DNA of 63,092 nt, filler included. It is 5 parts of 5 records of this genome, joined end to end, with 100 filler letters (N's around TTAATTAATTAA, not from the genome) between each part and the next. Parts side by side here need not be neighbours in the genome. Positions count along the whole stretch, not along the records: positions 1 to 8,439 come from DRR378314_456; 4 more parts are not named here. The stretch is one strand, 5' to 3'. Positions 1-8,539 of the stretch are shown one piece after another. The translations under genes were made by a program, and so were the position numbers. The notes below the pieces were generated by a model, which worked only from the letters and a program-made list of their open reading frames with translations, was not told where the DNA came from and ran no database searches. The first letter of the stretch is position 1; each line of letters begins with the position of its first letter.

Positions 1-1
1 A

Positions 2-145
2 ATACGCGGTTTAAAAATAAAAACTTCCGGTTTAGCGCTCGAAGATGGTACATTAGGTGAGCAGGTAAGAGTTAAAAATGCGAAATCAGGGAAAGTTTTA
101 AATGCCCGTGTCGACGGTGTTGAGTCTGTGCAGGTTAATATTTAA
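2..145 (+). CDS. flgA: Flagellar P-ring chaperone FlgA, C-terminal fragment (contig edge)
   Basis: Frame 2 reads IRGLKIKTSGLALEDGTLGEQVRVKNAKSGKVLNARVDGVESVQVNI*, matching the FlgA C-terminal motif; lies upstream of flgM. Confidence 0.9.
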   Translation: MRGLKIKTSGLALEDGTLGEQVRVKNAKSGKVLNARVDGVESVQVNI

Positions 146-161
146 ATTTTCAAATTTATGC

Positions 162-188
162 TAAAGTATTAAACATAGATGCCGATAA
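162..188 (+). promoter_or_regulatory. Sigma-28 (FliA) promoter of flgM
   Basis: TAAA-N15-GCCGATAA, exact consensus. Confidence 0.9.
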
Positions 189-223
189 ATAGGCATGTGT
201 TGGATTCTGTATAGGTTATAATC

Positions 224-538
224 ATGGTAAGCCAAGTAAATAAAGGTCAGCAACAGGCTAATGTGCTGGCTAACACCAAACAGCAAAAGGTTGATTTGCA
301 AAACAATAATGCAAATACAGCTCAAACAACTGCGCCTAAGGCAACCGCAGACTCGGTTAGCTTAACGCCACAAGCTCAACAATTGAAATCACTACAAGAC
401 AAAGCACAGCAATCTTCTGGTTTTGATAGCAACAAAGTTGCAGAGCTTAAAAAAGCGATCAGTGAAGGTAAATACCAAATTGATGCTGAAAAGCTAGCTA
501 AGAATATTGCAGCGTTCGAGTTTGATGTATATGGCTGA
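224..538 (+). CDS. flgM: Anti-sigma-28 factor FlgM
   Basis: DSVSLT...KVAELKKAISEGKYQIDAEKLA motif; flgA-flgM-flgN order. Confidence 0.95.
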   Translation: MVSQVNKGQQQANVLANTKQQKVDLQNNNANTAQTTAPKATADSVSLTPQAQQLKSLQDKAQQSSGFDSNKVAELKKAISEGKYQIDAEKLAKNIAAFEFDVYG

Positions 539-962
539 TCATAACGGTCTAATTGCATCAAAACTCACCATGCAGTTAAATTGCTTGGCATCACTGGTTG
601 AAGTGCTTGACGATGAACTTACGGCAATTGCATCACGTCGTGGTGATGGCCTTAAAGACATTGCAAAGCAAAAGTTATCCTTTTTAAGTACAATCCAGAC
701 ACTCGATAAAGAGCTCAGTACGCTACTTAATTCAAATGATGCAAAGTCAGATGAGGTAGAAGAGTTAATCAGTTCTGTTCGCTCGCAACTAGAAACCTGT
801 AAAAAGAAGAATGACATTAATGCGCATGCTGCTCATCAAGCGCAACTAAGCGTTAAGCAACTTAAGGATATATTGATTGGTGCTCCGACATCGATGACTT
901 ATGACCAAGGTGGTAGTGTTGTTCATGGTAGTAGTACGTTAGTTCACAACCTAAAAGCTTAA
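531..962 (+). CDS. flgN: Flagellar export chaperone FlgN
   Basis: Helical ~143 aa protein after flgM with C-terminal TYDxxG motif; ATG at 531 overlaps the end of flgM. Confidence 0.88.
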   Translation: MADHNGLIASKLTMQLNCLASLVEVLDDELTAIASRRGDGLKDIAKQKLSFLSTIQTLDKELSTLLNSNDAKSDEVEELISSVRSQLETCKKKNDINAHAAHQAQLSVKQLKDILIGAPTSMTYDQGGSVVHGSSTLVHNLKA

Positions 963-1034
963 ACCTCAGCGCTCACATTGAGCACGTTAACCCCCCTGTT
1001 AGCACTTTAGTTATTTACTGGATTTTTAATTAGC

Positions 1035-1496
1035 TTAATAGTAAGTCACTTTTTTTACTTCTCGTGGTTTGATCTCACCAATATATAAATCGTGTACACG
1101 TTTCATATCCAGTCTCAGCTCAGTAGCATAACTGTCGCCAACTGGGTAACTTTTAATAACTTGCGCACCTTTGATAATGCCTTGGACTTGGCTTTGTAAT
1201 TGATCGTTTTGCGCGATGCTACCCTTTACAGTCGTTCCTGCGGTAATCTTTTGCCCATACACTTGCTCAGCAAGCTCACGGTATGCTTCGAGTTTAGATG
1301 CTTTTAATGCCATTAATGAGCGCTGTGTATCATTGTTTCCAGGTTGAGCACTTATAGGCGCATAACCAATAGCCTTTAATACAGGGTAGCTATCAGGCTC
1401 AACGTATTTATACTGAACATGTTTATCAAAAACGCTACTACAACCAGCTAAGCTCACTGTTGCTATAAAAAAAAGTGTTGTACGCATAAGACCCAC
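1035..1496 (-). CDS. flgP: Flagellar lipoprotein FlgP (LPP20 family)
   Basis: Lipobox LAGC; ASKLEAYRELAEQVYG motif; divergent from flgT. Confidence 0.88.
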   Translation of the reverse strand: MGLMRTTLFFIATVSLAGCSSVFDKHVQYKYVEPDSYPVLKAIGYAPISAQPGNNDTQRSLMALKASKLEAYRELAEQVYGQKITAGTTVKGSIAQNDQLQSQVQGIIKGAQVIKSYPVGDSYATELRLDMKRVHDLYIGEIKPREVKKVTYY

Positions 1497-1529
1497 ATTA
1501 AACTACAAAAAAATAATGACTTCTTTCAA

Positions 1530-1545
1530 TGCATGATTAGTGCCA
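1530..1545 (-). promoter_or_regulatory. Sigma-54 promoter of flgP
   Basis: TGGCACTAATCATGCA (GG-N10-GC) on minus strand. Confidence 0.7.
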
Positions 1546-1570
1546 TGATATATTCACACCTTGTAACTAT

Positions 1571-1586
1571 TGGTATATTCCTTGCG
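1571..1586 (+). promoter_or_regulatory. Sigma-54 promoter of flgT
   Basis: TGGTATATTCCTTGCG (GG-N10-GC). Confidence 0.65.
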
Positions 1587-1628
1587 TATGTAAGTTAATT
1601 AAAAAATACATTAGCGTGGAATCTAGCG

Positions 1629-2819
1629 ATGAACAAACTTTTAAACTGTGCCCTTAGTGCGGCTACATGGCTTACCTTATGTGTAAGCTCAGCGTCCTAT
1701 GCACAATGGTTTGAGTCTACAGGTCATGCAAACATTCAAAATGATGACATTTCACGAGCTAAGTCAGTTGCAATAAAAGATGCGATAACTCAAGCGCTGG
1801 TTTTTTCGGGAGCCCGTGTAACCTCTATGCAAACCTTGGTCGATGGCGTTCTCACCCAAGACCAACTAAAAATAAACAGCCATGGTGAAATTCAAAAAAT
1901 TGAAATGATCAGTGAAGACCGCCGTGGTGATCAATTTGCAGTGACCCTACGGTTAGACATATTTCCGCAACAGGAACAGTGTCCAGCAAGCAGTTTTAAT
2001 AAGTTTGTAGCTATCACCCAAACGCAACTCAAGCACCGTGAACAAGCCAAACTGGGTCAAATTTTTGACATTAGCAAAGCAAGCAGCGAAAACTTATATA
2101 AAACACTGAGTAATTCGCCTATCAGTACACGCCCTACTGCGTATTTTAACTTTCCAATTCGCGTTGGTGAGTTTTTTACACAACAATACGATTACAGCAA
2201 CGCTTTACTTGAAGAGATTGCCACACGCAGCAACTCGCAATACGTATTATTAAGCCAGCTTGTGGATATATCGAATAGTGAAAAACTCAATAACGATTAT
2301 GCTTTTTGGCAAGATGAAAGTTACCAACGCGCTTACAACATCGACTTTGTATTATTTGATGGCACCACATACGAACGCCTATGGCAAAAAAGCTATCGCG
2401 GAAAAGGTATTTGGCCATTTGAAAAAACAGACCGTATCGATGTATACAGCGAAAACTTTTGGGGATCTGACTACGGACAAACCATAACAGATATAAACCA
2501 AACACTCAGCTACGATTTACAAGCTGCCATGGCCTGCCTTGAGACCCAAGGCAAAATTTTACATATTGAAAACGATAAATTGGTTATTAATTTAGGTAAA
2601 GCACACGGCATAGAAAAGGGCCAAATACTAAACGTAGCCCACCACAATTACTTAACGGATGCCGCGGGTAATAAAATGCCAAACATGATCACCACTCTCA
2701 ATCAGGTTCAAATTCAACAGGTTTACCAACAAAGCGCTATTGCACAAAGTATTGATAAACAGCCACTGCCTAATATTCAAATAAATGATGTCGTTGAACT
2801 GGCTAATCTAGCGCTTTAG
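1629..2819 (+). CDS. flgT: Flagellar H-ring assembly protein FlgT
   Basis: Signal peptide then WFESTGHA; INLGKAHGIEKGQ C-terminal motif; divergent from flgP. Confidence 0.88.
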   Translation: MNKLLNCALSAATWLTLCVSSASYAQWFESTGHANIQNDDISRAKSVAIKDAITQALVFSGARVTSMQTLVDGVLTQDQLKINSHGEIQKIEMISEDRRGDQFAVTLRLDIFPQQEQCPASSFNKFVAITQTQLKHREQAKLGQIFDISKASSENLYKTLSNSPISTRPTAYFNFPIRVGEFFTQQYDYSNALLEEIATRSNSQYVLLSQLVDISNSEKLNNDYAFWQDESYQRAYNIDFVLFDGTTYERLWQKSYRGKGIWPFEKTDRIDVYSENFWGSDYGQTITDINQTLSYDLQAAMACLETQGKILHIENDKLVINLGKAHGIEKGQILNVAHHNYLTDAAGNKMPNMITTLNQVQIQQVYQQSAIAQSIDKQPLPNIQINDVVELANLAL

Positions 2820-3705
2820 TTAGTTGCTGGCACAAAACAGGGTGCTCGCTTAGCCATTTAGCTAATAATTCAACACCAGCCAAGTGCGGGTAGTGCTTAC
2901 GAGATGCCATCACAACCGAACGTTGTTGAGTCGGAAAGATGGGTAAGTAAGCAATGCCTGTGCGATCAACACACGCAAGCTTTGGCACAAACGTTACACC
3001 GTCATCCATTGCCACTAATGCCAGCAATGTTTCTAAACTATTGCCTTGATACTCACTAGAAACATCAACCCCAGCTGCAAAGCAAAATTGTTGTGCCTGA
3101 TCTTTAAAGCAGTGCCCATCACTAAGCATTAATAAGTTACATGCTTTTAACTCATTTAGCGCTATTTTACCGCGCTTAGCCAACTTGTTTTGCAATGAGA
3201 AAGCCACTAAAAAATCTTCTTTGTATAAATTAACCGTATGATAAAGCTTAAGTTCAGGCACATCTGCTAATATCGCAATATCAACTTCACCACTATCAAG
3301 CGCGGCTAAGATAGTGTGAGTTTGCATTTCAACAAAAGTGAACTGGCTCTCGGCAAATGCTTCTTTCATTGAGGTAAGTAACGTGGGTAACAAATAAGGG
3401 GCAATAGTTGGGATTATCCCTATTTTTACCCTACCTTGTAATGGTGTATTAGATGTTGCCGCCTGCTCTTTTAAAATTTTAGCCTGCTCTAGCACTAACT
3501 CAACTTGCGGCAACAAACGTTCACCGTGTGTAGTTAGGGTAACTTGCTTGGTAGAACGGTCAAATAAGGTTACGCCAAGCTCTTGTTCTAGTTTTTTGAT
3601 TTGCCCGCTTAACGTAGGCTGGCTAACAAAACATGCATCAGCCGCTTTACGAAAATGTTTGAAGTGAGCAACCGCTTTAACATATTCAAGATCTTTTAAA
3701 TTCAT
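2803..3705 (-). CDS. oxyR: H2O2-sensing LysR regulator OxyR
   Basis: LysR HTH (HFRKAADACFVSQPTLSGQIKKLE); GHCFKDQAQQFC redox Cys pair. Confidence 0.95.
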   Translation of the reverse strand: MNLKDLEYVKAVAHFKHFRKAADACFVSQPTLSGQIKKLEQELGVTLFDRSTKQVTLTTHGERLLPQVELVLEQAKILKEQAATSNTPLQGRVKIGIIPTIAPYLLPTLLTSMKEAFAESQFTFVEMQTHTILAALDSGEVDIAILADVPELKLYHTVNLYKEDFLVAFSLQNKLAKRGKIALNELKACNLLMLSDGHCFKDQAQQFCFAAGVDVSSEYQGNSLETLLALVAMDDGVTFVPKLACVDRTGIAYLPIFPTQQRSVVMASRKHYPHLAGVELLAKWLSEHPVLCQQLTKALD

Positions 3706-3719
3706 AACACGCCTTAATG

Positions 3720-3756
3720 ATAGTTAATACCTATCATATTAATACAAACAAACGAT
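3720..3756. promoter_or_regulatory. OxyR binding site
   Basis: ATAG-N7-CTAT-N7-ATAC-N7-CGAT between the divergent oxyR and peroxiredoxin genes. Confidence 0.85.
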
Positions 3757-3816
3757 TGGAGCTATTATAACTTTCACGACATAATGGCTATCAACAAATC
3801 AAGAGGAACTAAAAAC

Positions 3817-4545
3817 ATGTTAAACAATATTGAAGGTCAAACAATTCCACAAGTTACATTCGCAACTCGCGTAAACGATGAATGGAAATCAGTGACATCG
3901 GATGACATTTTTAAAGGTAAAACTGTCGTTGTGTTTTCACTACCAGGTGCATTTACACCAACGTGTTCATCAACTCACTTACCACGCTATAACGAGCTTG
4001 CGGGTGTACTAAAGCAAAACGGCGTTGATGACATAGTATGTGTATCAGTAAACGACACCTTTGTAATGAACGCATGGGCCCAAAACCAAGAAGCACAAAA
4101 CATCACTTTATTACCCGATGGTAACGGTGAATTTACTGACGGCATGGGCATGTTAGTAGACAAAAATGATCTAGGCTTTGGCAAACGCAGCTGGCGCTAT
4201 TCAATGCTGGTTAAAGACGGCGTGATTGACAAAATGTTCATCGAACCAGACTTACCAGGCGACCCGTTTGAAGTGTCTGACGCTGATACCATGCTAGATT
4301 ACATCAACCCTGAGCAAGTAAAGCCTGAAGCTGTAAGCATCTTTACTAAACCAGGTTGCCCGTTCTGTTCAAAAGCAAAGGCATTACTTGAAGAAAAAGG
4401 CCTCGTGTTTGAAGAAATCACTATGGGTGCAAGTGCATCACTAACAAGCCTTAAAGCTATTTCAGGCCGCGAGACCGTACCACAAGTATTTATTGGCGGA
4501 AAACACATTGGTGGCTCTGACGATTTAGAAAAATACTTTGCTTAA
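3817..4545 (+). CDS. Hybrid peroxiredoxin (Prx5)-glutaredoxin
   Basis: PGAFTPTCS Prx5 motif plus C-terminal CPFC glutaredoxin domain; RBS GAGG before ATG 3817. Confidence 0.95.
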   Translation: MLNNIEGQTIPQVTFATRVNDEWKSVTSDDIFKGKTVVVFSLPGAFTPTCSSTHLPRYNELAGVLKQNGVDDIVCVSVNDTFVMNAWAQNQEAQNITLLPDGNGEFTDGMGMLVDKNDLGFGKRSWRYSMLVKDGVIDKMFIEPDLPGDPFEVSDADTMLDYINPEQVKPEAVSIFTKPGCPFCSKAKALLEEKGLVFEEITMGASASLTSLKAISGRETVPQVFIGGKHIGGSDDLEKYFA

Positions 4546-4674
4546 TTAAGTAATATTTAAGCACATAATTAGGGGCATTCATGCCCCTACTTTCACCCTT
4601 TACCGTACCCATTTTATTAACTTATTTTGAAAGCCAGTTTTTTAATAAAATTGGTATCACACAAGGACACCACG

Positions 4675-6123
4675 ATGAAAGAATTAACCACAGATGTTGT
4701 TGTAATTGGTGCCGGTACAGCAGGCTTAAGCGCATACCGTAACGCAAAGCAACACACGCCTAACGTACTAATGATTGAAGCAGGCCAATACGGCACAACG
4801 TGTGCCCGTGTAGGTTGTATGCCTAGTAAACTATTAATTGCTGCAGCTGAGGCTGCTCACTCAATCGAAACCGCACCCGCTTTTGGTGTACACAGCTCAA
4901 AACCTACAATCAATGGCGTTGAAGTCATGGCGCGCGTACGCAATGAACGTGACCGTTTTGTTGGCTTTGTTGTTGAGGCCGTCGATGACATCCCCAGCGA
5001 AGATAAAATTCGTGGCTATGCAACGTTTTTGGATACCAACCGAGTTCAAATTGACGACCACACAATAATCACTGCCACGCGTTTTGTTATTGCTACAGGT
5101 TCGCGACCAGCATACCCTGGCGCCTTTAATAACTTTGGCGATAGGCTCATCATCAACGACGACGTATTTGATTGGCTAGACCTACCAGAATCCGTTGCCG
5201 TTTTTGGCCCCGGCGTTATTGGCCTCGAAATAGGCCAAGCATTACACCGCTTAGGCGTTAAGGTAAAGCTATTTGGTGTAGGCGGCGCAATAGGCCCCAT
5301 TACCGACCCTGTTATTAAAGATTATGCTAATACTGTATTCGCTGAAGAGTTTTTTGTTGATACCGACTCAAACGTTTCTGACATGAAAAAAGTGGGCGAT
5401 AAAGCACAACTTACCTTTGAAGATAAAAACGGTCAAAAGCACACAGAACAATTTGATTATGTACTAGCTGCCACTGGTCGCATACCAAACACTGACAAGC
5501 TCGGCCTCGAAAACACAGGCATTAAACTTGATGAACGCGGCGTGCCTGTTGCTCACAAGTACACCATGCAATGTGGCGATTCAAATATATTTATTGCCGG
5601 GGATGCCAGTAATATGATCCCACTTTTACACGAGGCAAGCGACCAAGGTACTATCGCAGGGCAAAATGCGGGGCGTTTTCCTCATGTTCAAACTGGCCTG
5701 CGCCGTGCGCCTATCTCCGCTGTATTTAGCGACCCACAAATTGCCATGGTAGGTGAAAGCTATAAACAAATAACACAGCGATTGGGTGATTGTGGTTGCT
5801 TTGAAGTCGGTGAAGTAAGCTTTGAAAACCAAGGCCGAAGCCGTGTAATGTTAAAAAACAAAGGTCATATGCGTGTATATGCAGAGCAAGGCACTGGTTT
5901 ATTTATCGGCGCAGAGTTCATAGGCCCACAAGCAGAGCACATCGCCCACCTATTAGCATGGGCAGTACAAAACAAAATGACCGTACCGCAAATGCTTGAT
6001 ATGCCATTTTATCACCCAGTGATTGAAGAAGGCCTGCGCACTGCCCTTCGTGATTTAAACGCCAAACTTAAATTCGGCCCAGAAATCATTAACCACTGTA
6101 TGGAGTGTGGCCCAGGGGCTTAG
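4675..6123 (+). CDS. Pyridine nucleotide-disulfide oxidoreductase (dihydrolipoamide dehydrogenase-like)
   Basis: GAGTAG FAD motif, CARVGCMPSK redox disulfide, HPVIEE C-terminal motif. Confidence 0.92.
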   Translation: MKELTTDVVVIGAGTAGLSAYRNAKQHTPNVLMIEAGQYGTTCARVGCMPSKLLIAAAEAAHSIETAPAFGVHSSKPTINGVEVMARVRNERDRFVGFVVEAVDDIPSEDKIRGYATFLDTNRVQIDDHTIITATRFVIATGSRPAYPGAFNNFGDRLIINDDVFDWLDLPESVAVFGPGVIGLEIGQALHRLGVKVKLFGVGGAIGPITDPVIKDYANTVFAEEFFVDTDSNVSDMKKVGDKAQLTFEDKNGQKHTEQFDYVLAATGRIPNTDKLGLENTGIKLDERGVPVAHKYTMQCGDSNIFIAGDASNMIPLLHEASDQGTIAGQNAGRFPHVQTGLRRAPISAVFSDPQIAMVGESYKQITQRLGDCGCFEVGEVSFENQGRSRVMLKNKGHMRVYAEQGTGLFIGAEFIGPQAEHIAHLLAWAVQNKMTVPQMLDMPFYHPVIEEGLRTALRDLNAKLKFGPEIINHCMECGPGA

Positions 6124-6155
6124 GGTTTAAATCGTTAAAATAGAATACGCACACC

Positions 6156-6182
6156 AAAAAGGAAGCCTCAGCTTCCTTTTTT
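6156..6182. terminator. Bidirectional rho-independent terminator
   Basis: AAAAAGGAAGC-ctca-GCTTCCTTTTTT between convergent genes. Confidence 0.85.
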
Positions 6183-6212
6183 ATTTAACAATACCGTACT
6201 TGCCATAGTATG

Positions 6213-6557
6213 TTAAACAAGCACCTTATCACCATGGCTTGGCGGGGTTGAGGTAACAATAAACTCAAGAGCAACATCGCCATAATTACATAGCTGATGA
6301 ACAACCCCTGCGCGCACATGCAACCCCTGCTGAGCGTTTAATACATGAGTCACTGAGTCGACTATTAAAGTAGCCTGCCCACTGAGCACAAAAAAGAATT
6401 GCTCTGCTATATTGTGCTTATGTACTTGTTCACACGCCCCACTCGGCACCCGCTCCTGAATAACACTCAACCGCTCACTTTTAACCAAATGCCAGCAATC
6501 GCAATTATCGCCCCAGTTATAATGTTCAGCGTTATCTACTGAAATAGGCATTGCCAT
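6213..6557 (-). CDS. Cupin domain protein
   Basis: HKHNIAEQFFFVLSG and GVVHQL cupin motifs. Confidence 0.88.
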   Translation of the reverse strand: MAMPISVDNAEHYNWGDNCDCWHLVKSERLSVIQERVPSGACEQVHKHNIAEQFFFVLSGQATLIVDSVTHVLNAQQGLHVRAGVVHQLCNYGDVALEFIVTSTPPSHGDKVLV

Positions 6558-6817
6558 ATCTTAGTCATCCCTTAAAAAATATTGTGCAACACGATAAAAC
6601 ATCGCAGTTGAAAATAGTAGTAAATTTAGTTCATACAACACAACCGCAGCTATTGCGCATAGAAATGTAAAACAGAGGATATGAAGATAAAGAACACAGT
6701 TAAAATTAAACGAATTAGTTTCGTTTAATCAATGATTGTAGGTCAACTAAAGTTATGATGTCTGAAGTCAAGATTTGACTCATTTGGTTTGTAAATAACT
6801 GTACTATCTAAGTTTAA

Positions 6818-7333
6818 CTATTTTATATATTTAGAAAATTCTTTTTGCAAAAACTCAGGCCACAACTGACTGTTCTTTCCGTATCGTTTCACTATGTTTT
6901 TAAATTCTTTAAGCTCCTCTACCTTAGTACCTTGCTCTAAAAGATCTTCATAAACGCCATAATAATGCTGGCTAAAACTAATATATCTTTTTTCATCCTT
7001 AGCTTGATTTTCTCTTTCTGCACATAAAGCTAACTTTGCGTATAGCTTGTGCAACTTTAAGGATAGAAAAGACTTTTGAATTTCTTCACATTTATGAGAA
7101 AGCGTCGAATAGTTTAATTGTTCTAATTGTGGAATGAAGTCTTCTTGACAAACTTTCTCTAGCTCGTTGTATCTGCCAGCTTTCTGATAATATGGCAATA
7201 CTTTTAAAATGTCAGCTTCTGATGATATTCCACTTTGATAAGCCAACAATAAAATTTCTATAGCTTCACCAAATAACCCTTCTTTAGCTTTAGTCGTTGC
7301 GAATTTTAGTTGATTCATATTAGTGTTCATCAT
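6818..7333 (-). CDS. Hypothetical alpha-helical (TPR-like) protein
   Basis: 171-aa AT-rich ORF; start overlaps the upstream stop (ATGA at 7330-7333); TPR-like call is inferred from the helical pattern. Confidence 0.7.
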   Translation of the reverse strand: MMNTNMNQLKFATTKAKEGLFGEAIEILLLAYQSGISSEADILKVLPYYQKAGRYNELEKVCQEDFIPQLEQLNYSTLSHKCEEIQKSFLSLKLHKLYAKLALCAERENQAKDEKRYISFSQHYYGVYEDLLEQGTKVEELKEFKNIVKRYGKNSQLWPEFLQKEFSKYIK

Positions 7334-8220
7334 TGATTATTGTTACCTTCCCTGTTTTTCAATATATTATTTAACTGCTCTATCGTAAGCTCTTCTCTCG
7401 AAGTTATATCAGGTTCACTAAGAGGAAGGTTGATTTTATATGAATGGCTTGTTATTCCATCACTACAGTCAACTCTTTCATAATTTATGTTCTCAGCTAT
7501 TGCTTTTGGTGCTAATTGCTCAGCTTTAAAAAATAATTTGCTAGTTGGAGAAAAAGGGAAGTAAATAAAAAAGTTATTAAATTGGCAATATAAAATATAG
7601 ATAATGTGATTATCAGAAGTTTCTCTAGTTAATTCGATTTCCATTTTTATTGGAAAGTTAACATCAGGCATTCTATATCCACACCAAAAAATAGGAAAAT
7701 GATTAAGGCTTTCAAAATTCTGATTTGATCTCAACCATCCAATAGCAGTATTAAATTCTTTTAATTTTTCATCTGGAAGAATAGATATTAAACTCTTTAA
7801 AATTGCTTTGTAAACTTTGACCATATCAAAAGTTTGTGAAGAAAAGTTTAATGAGCTTTTCTCTGAAGATTTTTCTTGTATTAATGTTATGAATTGATCA
7901 TCCCCATAAATTTTACTGCCACCTTTTATATAATTCGGCCGATAGCCTTTCTTGCCTCTTAGTCGAGTAATAATCGTTGGGGGTATAAAATTGCTTAAAT
8001 CTTTCTCTATTTTTGAAAATTTAGCATTGCACTCATCACATTCATTAACTGTAAAGATGCTTTTATTGCCAAGAAACTCAGGAAAGGAATGAGCTCTTTT
8101 TTTATTAAACTTCACATCATTTAACTTGCAGAACCTACATAAAGAATCTCTTTCACCAACCTCAACTGTTGGAGATAAATTATAATTATGCTGTATATGA
8201 CTAAAAACCTGCTCAAACAA
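7330..8220 (-). CDS. HNH endonuclease-domain protein
   Basis: CRFC...AHSFPEFLGN...ECDECN zinc/HNH motif; TTG start preceded by AAGGA RBS. Confidence 0.8.
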   Translation of the reverse strand: MFEQVFSHIQHNYNLSPTVEVGERDSLCRFCKLNDVKFNKKRAHSFPEFLGNKSIFTVNECDECNAKFSKIEKDLSNFIPPTIITRLRGKKGYRPNYIKGGSKIYGDDQFITLIQEKSSEKSSLNFSSQTFDMVKVYKAILKSLISILPDEKLKEFNTAIGWLRSNQNFESLNHFPIFWCGYRMPDVNFPIKMEIELTRETSDNHIIYILYCQFNNFFIYFPFSPTSKLFFKAEQLAPKAIAENINYERVDCSDGITSHSYKINLPLSEPDITSREELTIEQLNNILKNREGNNNQ

Positions 8221-8331
8221 AAGCTAATCCTTTAACTTGCTAAAGTTTATATTCTCACTCAAAAAATATGCTAAATATGTACTACACAGAAAATATAAAT
8301 CAGAGAATAAAACGTAAACCATTGATTTTAT

Positions 8332-8406
8332 TGGTAGCCCCTGCAGGAATCGAACCTGCAACTGCCCCTTAGGAGGGGGCCGTTATATCCATTTAACTAA
8401 GAGGCC
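8332..8406 (-). tRNA. tRNA-Arg(CCT)
   Basis: GGCCTCTTAGTTAAATGGATATAACGGCCCCCTCCTAAGGGGCAGTTGCAGGTTCGATTCCTGCAGGGGCTACCA: cloverleaf, anticodon CCT, encoded CCA; argW-like. Confidence 0.97.
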
Positions 8407-8410
8407 ATGC

Positions 8411-8439
8411 GCTAGGTGCTAGGTGCTAGGTGCTAGGTG
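8411..8439. repeat. Heptamer tandem repeat (GCTAGGT)n running into the contig end
   Basis: Four perfect copies plus one base. Confidence 0.95.
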
Positions 8440-8539
8440 NNNNNNNNNNNNNNNNNNNNNNNNNNNNNNNNNNNNNNNNNNNNTTAATTAATTAANNNNN
8501 NNNNNNNNNNNNNNNNNNNNNNNNNNNNNNNNNNNNNNN
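8440..8539. other. Artificial contig spacer
   Basis: N44-TTAATTAATTAA-N44. Confidence 0.99.
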
